From contig CAJWKT010000002.1 in NCBI GenBank assembly GCA_913041665.1, forward strand, positions 1 through 51,076: 51,076 bases of DNA. Reading direction: 5' to 3'. How positions within the stretch are numbered: position 1 is the first letter of the stretch; every line of letters begins with the position of its first letter. Below are positions 46,719 through 51,076 of this stretch, piece after piece. The DNA comes from an uncultured Gammaproteobacteria bacterium (GTDB lineage: Bacteria; Pseudomonadota; Gammaproteobacteria; Steroidobacterales; Rariloculaceae). A model generated the notes under the pieces. That model saw only the letters and a program-made list of their open reading frames with translations. It ran no database searches and had not been told where the DNA came from. A program made the position numbers and the translations under genes.

Positions 46719-48217
46719 AAAATTTCAATCGGGCTTAGCGTACTCCCCGGCAATACTTCAAAAACGACACGCACATCTCGGTACCCAGCCCGGCTTCCCA
46801 GGGCTGTATATGGTCCAGGACGAATCTGCACGTGGTGGGTAATGAAGCTGCCTAGAGAGCCTACACGGTACAAAGTTACATTGGTGAGCTCATCAGAACG
46901 CAGTTCCACATCGATTGGCGTGGAGGCTAAACGGACCAGCCTGCCAAGCTCAGCAATCTGTCCGTTCAATCGTGGCCCCCTTCCATCTATTCCACGCGCA
47001 TCCTCCAAAAGAATGCCTGCATCTTTCAAAATTTGGTCGGCAAAAAGAACATCTGGGTTTCGGAAAAGACCTTCAAATTTGGCATCCAAGTCAGTCCTGG
47101 CCCGGGCGCGAGAAAGTCCTATCTTGGCAAATTCAAGGGAATCATCAGAATTTAATGCGAGAAGATATTGCTGAATAGCACGGTCCCATAACTCTCTTTT
47201 CTCAAAGGCAGTGGCCCGGACCTGCGCAAGAGCAATCTGCTCCAACCTTATACCCTGGTCTGCCTGAATCAATCCATCTAAAGCTTCCAAAGAATCAGGG
47301 CGCATCTTCAGTGCATCAGTAAAAAATTGATGGGCCTCTTCAAATTCCTCTTCGGCCAAAGCATTCAGTGCCACAGAAACCAGTGAGTCAAATCTAGCAT
47401 CGGCGATGCGACGAGTCGCGTTGGCTACAGCCAATCTGGCAGGGATCCAAAGCGAGTCAAGAATCGCCGCATTACGGTAAAGCTCTAGGGCACTAACGAG
47501 GTCACCGTTCTGGTCTCGCTCTGCACCCTGCTCCATATGAGCCAACACGTTGGGTAATATTTGTGCTCTTTCTAATCCACTCTGACTATCAACATGGTCC
47601 GCTTCTATACGTAAAACTAACTGAAACTGCTCCGCCGCTAGAGATGGATTGCCGGCAGCAAGGGCCTCATTACCTGCTTCTAAAGCTCGGTCAATAATGT
47701 TTTTAGACCTAGCAAGCAAAGAAATTCCTAAATCGAGCGCTGCTTGGTAGCTAGGCACAGCATCATAAAAGGCATCTGCTAAAAAAGCGTCATCGCCATC
47801 CCGAAACAATGTCTGATAAAGATCCCAATCCTCACCAGCCCAATTTGCTGCACCCTGCGCCTCTAATAGGCCCTGCTGTTGCAATAGTTCAGCTAGCAGC
47901 GCCTCGGCCTTATCGCGCAAAATGTCCAGTTCTTCGGGTGACATTACCAAAACCCCTGAATTTGACTCAGAAGGAGGTGCAGATTGCTCTACCATTTCGG
48001 TAGTGGGTACCTGCTCTGCTACCCAACTAGGCAGCAAAAAGATCACTCCCAATGCCAAGGACGCCAAAACGATTAATGCTGAAACAACTAATTTAAAGCT
48101 ATAGTTCCGATCCTTGCTATCCAACGACGTGGACGCAACAAAATTTTCCTTTATACCGGACCTGACCGGAACAATGGTTTCATCATGTTCTGGTTGGTTA
48201 GAATTCTGTTTTTTCAC
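46697..48217 (-). CDS. Single-pass membrane protein with TPR-like helical repeats and a C-terminal beta (PEGA-like) domain
   Basis: It has a GTG start with a GGAG SD. A cytoplasmic tail of about 40 aa precedes the TM segment FKLVVSALIVLASLALGVIFLL. The long Ala/Leu-rich helical repeat region contains AGNEALAAGNPSLAAEQFQLVLRIEADH and EEAHQFFTDALKMRPDSLEAL. The C-terminus reads IRPGPYTALGSRAGYRDVRVVFEV. Confidence 0.7.
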   Translation of the reverse strand: MKKQNSNQPEHDETIVPVRSGIKENFVASTSLDSKDRNYSFKLVVSALIVLASLALGVIFLLPSWVAEQVPTTEMVEQSAPPSESNSGVLVMSPEELDILRDKAEALLAELLQQQGLLEAQGAANWAGEDWDLYQTLFRDGDDAFLADAFYDAVPSYQAALDLGISLLARSKNIIDRALEAGNEALAAGNPSLAAEQFQLVLRIEADHVDSQSGLERAQILPNVLAHMEQGAERDQNGDLVSALELYRNAAILDSLWIPARLAVANATRRIADARFDSLVSVALNALAEEEFEEAHQFFTDALKMRPDSLEALDGLIQADQGIRLEQIALAQVRATAFEKRELWDRAIQQYLLALNSDDSLEFAKIGLSRARARTDLDAKFEGLFRNPDVLFADQILKDAGILLEDARGIDGRGPRLNGQIAELGRLVRLASTPIDVELRSDELTNVTLYRVGSLGSFITHHVQIRPGPYTALGSRAGYRDVRVVFEVLPGSTLSPIEIFCVERIN

Positions 48218-48230
48218 AACTCCGCCGATG

Positions 48231-49121
48231 CTATCGCCAAAATGCTATAACTGATTCTAAGACATCTAAAAAAACATGCATGCTCTTTGGGCGGCGACTT
48301 GGGTCTGGTCCCAGCGTTGCGTGAACCAATTCAGCCAGCTCAGAAAATGCCGAACTACTGTCCGATGGGCCTAAGGGGAGTGCTGGGGGCCCTGGACACA
48401 CCAACGAGGGACTAACACCGAATGGTAAACAGCCTGTAATGAGTTCATAGAGCAACGCCGCAAACGCATACATATCATCAGCCACTGCTGGCACCTCACC
48501 CCGGCGGTGACCCGGGCTCTGATAAGCCGGTGTCCCTCCACCTTTTAAAGTTCGGCAATTTAGAGGCTCCGCCAAGGCAAAATCTACTAGGTACGCTCCC
48601 TGGTTACTATCAAAGAGAACATTGCGTGGCTTAACGTCAAGATGGACCATGCCTTGATTGTGAATATATTCCAATGCACTAGCCAAATCTCTAGCCGCAC
48701 CCGCCCAACAACGAGGATGGGCTCCGCATAGAGATACCAAATCCCCTTCACCTAAATATTCCGTTATTAATGCTGGGCTCCCGCCCAGAGTAATCAAGTC
48801 AATCACTACTGATACGCAAGGATGATTCAGAGAATTGAGAATTTCGAACTCACGACGAATCAATTCTTGGGCACCAAAGTCTCGGATCACATCCGATCTT
48901 GGTAGTTTGATAGCCACGACACCCCCATCCGGAGCTTCTGCCCTCCATACTTGTGACATACCACCAGCCCCGAGAAATGCAATGAGACGAAACCCTCCTG
49001 ATAAAATACTACCTGGTAGAAGGACCTCCTGATGATGGGTGTTTCTCAGAATATCGGCCGAAACTACATTAGCAAAGCCTAGTTCATTCTGGTTAATAGT
49101 ACGCTTATAAATAGTACCCAT
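48231..49121 (-). CDS. Soluble Hanks-type Ser/Thr protein kinase (non-RD, DFA variant)
   Basis: The Gly loop is LGAGGMSQVW and the catalytic Lys is in VVAIKLPR. The catalytic loop is HLDVKPRNVLF (HRD changed to HLD). The metal loop is DFA instead of DFG. The P+1 region is GTPAYQSPG. There is no TM segment. Confidence 0.85.
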   Translation of the reverse strand: MGTIYKRTINQNELGFANVVSADILRNTHHQEVLLPGSILSGGFRLIAFLGAGGMSQVWRAEAPDGGVVAIKLPRSDVIRDFGAQELIRREFEILNSLNHPCVSVVIDLITLGGSPALITEYLGEGDLVSLCGAHPRCWAGAARDLASALEYIHNQGMVHLDVKPRNVLFDSNQGAYLVDFALAEPLNCRTLKGGGTPAYQSPGHRRGEVPAVADDMYAFAALLYELITGCLPFGVSPSLVCPGPPALPLGPSDSSSAFSELAELVHATLGPDPSRRPKSMHVFLDVLESVIAFWR

Positions 49122-49159
49122 GGGGATGTCTTTGGTACAGTGAGCCCCGGATTTTGAAC

Positions 49160-50503
49160 TCAGGTGTCAGTCGCTACACCTGTATCGACCGCCTCCAAAT
49201 TCATGTCCTCGTTTTGGCCCACTGATTCGCTACCTGACGTAGTCTCGGGAACTGCGATAAGTTCCAATTCACTTGGTGGGGGTTCCGTATATATCGACAT
49301 ATCTGCAGGCAGAAGCCCAGTCTCTGAGACAAATAGATCTTTTAATAATTGACGCCATTCCTGATATTGCACATCTGCCGTTCCCGTCAGACGATGTTGT
49401 GTACCCTCAATCTCTACCACCATCGGCCTGACTTCATCATCGAAGCTGCTAGAAAGCTCTTCGAGGGTTTCTTCGTGTAAACGCTTCTCCTGCTTTCGGA
49501 TAGCACCAGTCTTAATCATATCCATCCCCATGTACATCAAGGCATCCCGCACCATACGATCTGAGAAACCATCACCATCACTTTGGCTGCCATAGACTAC
49601 GGAAGCCACCACTGTTGCTATACCAAGACCGGTCCGCCACCGAGTGGATCGGTGCAATTCCTTTATGGCAATTGCCTCTTCACGTGAAAATTGGCGCCAT
49701 CCATCATAAGACTCAATGGAATCTTGATAGAACTGATCGTAATGCTGGTTCAAGGTTTCCACAAACAAATGTTCTCGCTCTCGAATCCGCTGGGTCCGAC
49801 CAAACATTGGATCTCCTTCAGCAGGTAAGCGCCTAAGCTCATATTCCCCCCGATTGCTCTGAACAACGTGCTCTCCAAAAACCTCCGGACTTAGCTCTCC
49901 CGCAAAACGCAGCTGGGCTATAGACCTGATTTTCTCGGCCTCGTTGACAGCCAACTTCCCCTGTACCGTTGCCAAGTCGTTTGCGATAGAGCTAAAAACA
50001 TCCTGATAAGGATCCAAACCCCCAAATCTTTGCCGGTTGTAGGCCCCGGCTGCAGTACCCATACCATATTCACCATCCAACCAAACGCGACCGGAAGCAT
50101 CAACGGCTTTCACATACAGCAAAAACTCATCCCCATCGGATCTCAGAATCTCAGCCATAACATTGACATCTGCCGCAGTGGAGGCTGAGGGCGTAACCCA
50201 TACCGCACCCCAATGACCACTCTTCTGCAGCGTGTCTCTCAGGGTCACTGCCATATAACGAGCCTCGGTTCGGCGAATGTAAATGAAAGTGCCATCTCTA
50301 ATAAGCTCCTCCAAAATCTCTTTATCCACCTCACCTTCGGGAACCCCCGAACCAAAAACAGCTATACCAACGTCGAGCAGCTGCTCTTCCGGAATAGACC
50401 GGGTGGCAGGTACCAAATCGACCGAGTGAGCTAAGCGAACCTCATTACTTGTGCATCCCGAAATAAGTCCCGCTACCACAAAAAGAAAATAAATCACCCG
50501 CAT
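49160..50503 (-). CDS. Lipoprotein of unknown function (447 aa)
   Basis: The lipobox is in MRVIYFLFVVAGLISGC. I recognise no domain. There is an internal hydrophobic stretch (GLGIATVVASVVYG) and an acidic Ser/Thr-rich C-terminal tail. Confidence 0.7.
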   Translation of the reverse strand: MRVIYFLFVVAGLISGCTSNEVRLAHSVDLVPATRSIPEEQLLDVGIAVFGSGVPEGEVDKEILEELIRDGTFIYIRRTEARYMAVTLRDTLQKSGHWGAVWVTPSASTAADVNVMAEILRSDGDEFLLYVKAVDASGRVWLDGEYGMGTAAGAYNRQRFGGLDPYQDVFSSIANDLATVQGKLAVNEAEKIRSIAQLRFAGELSPEVFGEHVVQSNRGEYELRRLPAEGDPMFGRTQRIREREHLFVETLNQHYDQFYQDSIESYDGWRQFSREEAIAIKELHRSTRWRTGLGIATVVASVVYGSQSDGDGFSDRMVRDALMYMGMDMIKTGAIRKQEKRLHEETLEELSSSFDDEVRPMVVEIEGTQHRLTGTADVQYQEWRQLLKDLFVSETGLLPADMSIYTEPPPSELELIAVPETTSGSESVGQNEDMNLEAVDTGVATDT

Positions 50504-50519
50504 AGAAAGCTACCTCACT

Positions 50520-51076
50520 TCACTGGCGAGCCAGAATTTTATTGTATTCGTTATATTCTTCCCACAGAGCTGCACGAAGAAATGGATCCTCTTCCTCGGT
50601 TGCCGCCTCACACAATTGGCGCGCAACTGTATCGTCGTCCTCACAACCTTCCACTAATGGCGTTGTTTCTTCATTCGTGGTTTCGTCAGCGCGAAAAGAT
50701 TGATTTTCCCTGCTATTACTGGAATCTCCGCCGCCGCTTTGGCCTACGGGGACATCAGGAGAACCTCCAACCTCTGCTGTTTGGCCCAAAATCTCATCTG
50801 CAGCCGTACCTATGCCAGCACGTGCCATAGATGCCCGCTCTGCACCCATAATCCGATCAAAATCCTCAAGGGAACGATCAAATTCGTCGTCGCCACCTCG
50901 ACCTTGCTGGCCTGCACCTGCCTGAGTTCCCTCAGGCCAGCTGCCGGTCTGACTACCCGCTGTTTGCTCTTCGCCCTGCTGACCAGACTGGCTACCCGGT
51001 GGCATCTGAGGGCCACCCGCTGTTTGCTCTTCGCCCTGCTGACCAGACTGGCTACCCGGTGGCATCTGAGGGCCAC
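50520..51076 (-). CDS. Gly/Gln/Ser/Glu-rich tandem-repeat protein with an acidic C-terminal domain; the 5' end probably lies outside the window
   Basis: The reading frame is open through the window edge. The codons upstream of the first listed Met read GPQ and continue the repeat. A 20-aa unit, MPPGSQSGQQGEEQTAGGPQ, occurs twice exactly. The C-terminus is DDTVARQLCEAATEEEDPFLRAALWEEYNEYNKILARQ. Confidence 0.6.
   Translation of the reverse strand, partial: GPQMPPGSQSGQQGEEQTAGGPQMPPGSQSGQQGEEQTAGSQTGSWPEGTQAGAGQQGRGGDDEFDRSLEDFDRIMGAERASMARAGIGTAADEILGQTAEVGGSPDVPVGQSGGGDSSNSRENQSFRADETTNEETTPLVEGCEDDDTVARQLCEAATEEEDPFLRAALWEEYNEYNKILARQ
50955..51076. repeat. Perfect 60-bp tandem direct repeat (at least 2 copies, truncated by the window end), in frame within the CDS
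   Basis: Positions 50955-51016 are identical to 51015-51076, which is 62 nt at a 60-nt period. The unit is ccgctgtttgctcttcgccctgctgaccagactggctacccggtggcatctgagggccac. Confidence 0.95.

Noticed and set aside
50810-51076. 88-aa alternative minus-strand frame through the tandem repeat (MALRCHRVASLVSRAKSKQRV x2)
   Set aside because: It is an off-frame reading of the same repeat. The other frame continues for 181 aa into a non-repeat domain and has the downstream gene spacing expected for the operon.
50955-51076. Tandem repeat as a possible CRISPR array
   Set aside because: The repeats are directly abutting with no spacers. The 60-bp period is in frame inside a CDS, and no cas genes are present.
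38840-51076. Assigning the cluster to Zorya, to a T6SS accessory module, or to Tol-Pal/Ton
   Set aside because: There is no ZorC/ZorD-like gene and the MotA-like protein is short. No T6SS core genes (TssA-M, Hcp, VgrG) are in the window. There is no TonB/TolA/TolB, and the ExbD-like proteins carry vWA heads. The similarities are at domain-vocabulary level only.

Overview
The window looks like a densely coding chromosomal segment, probably from a marine gammaproteobacterium. That guess rests on xerD-dsbC synteny and the gene content. I count about 50 protein genes, one tRNA-Leu(CAA) and one TPP riboswitch. I see no transposase, phage gene, CRISPR array or rRNA. Positions 1-38600 are mostly housekeeping or accessory metabolism. 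They hold an ECF sigma/anti-sigma pair, four consecutive secreted metallohydrolases, xerD-dsbC and acetoacetyl-CoA synthetase. They also hold zapE, gpmA, tesB, a riboswitch-led TonB-receptor/PnuC-like/kinase thiamine salvage unit and scattered Moco genes. The remainder is ilvH-proBA facing a divergent ilvI, then bioA, a phosphomannomutase and bioFD. The standout is 38840-51076. It is a run of 11 tightly packed minus-strand genes whose 5' end lies beyond the window. It combines a Ser/Thr kinase, two FHA proteins, a MotA/ExbB-type proton channel and an OmpA-like peptidoglycan binder. One FHA protein is fused to a degenerate Hsp70-like fold. The other is a transmembrane FHA-PEGA-FGE-sulfatase-like protein. 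Two tandem paralogues join an ExbD/TolR-type transmembrane helix (conserved Asp) to a coiled coil and a vWA/MIDAS domain. A TPR protein, an orphan lipoprotein and a tandem-repeat protein complete the run. I do not recognise this as any named system. It shares parts with Tol-Pal/Ton/Mot stators, the T6SS threonine-phosphorylation pathway and Zorya, but it lacks the defining partners of each. All domain calls come from motifs read by eye in the supplied translations, and none has been checked against a database.
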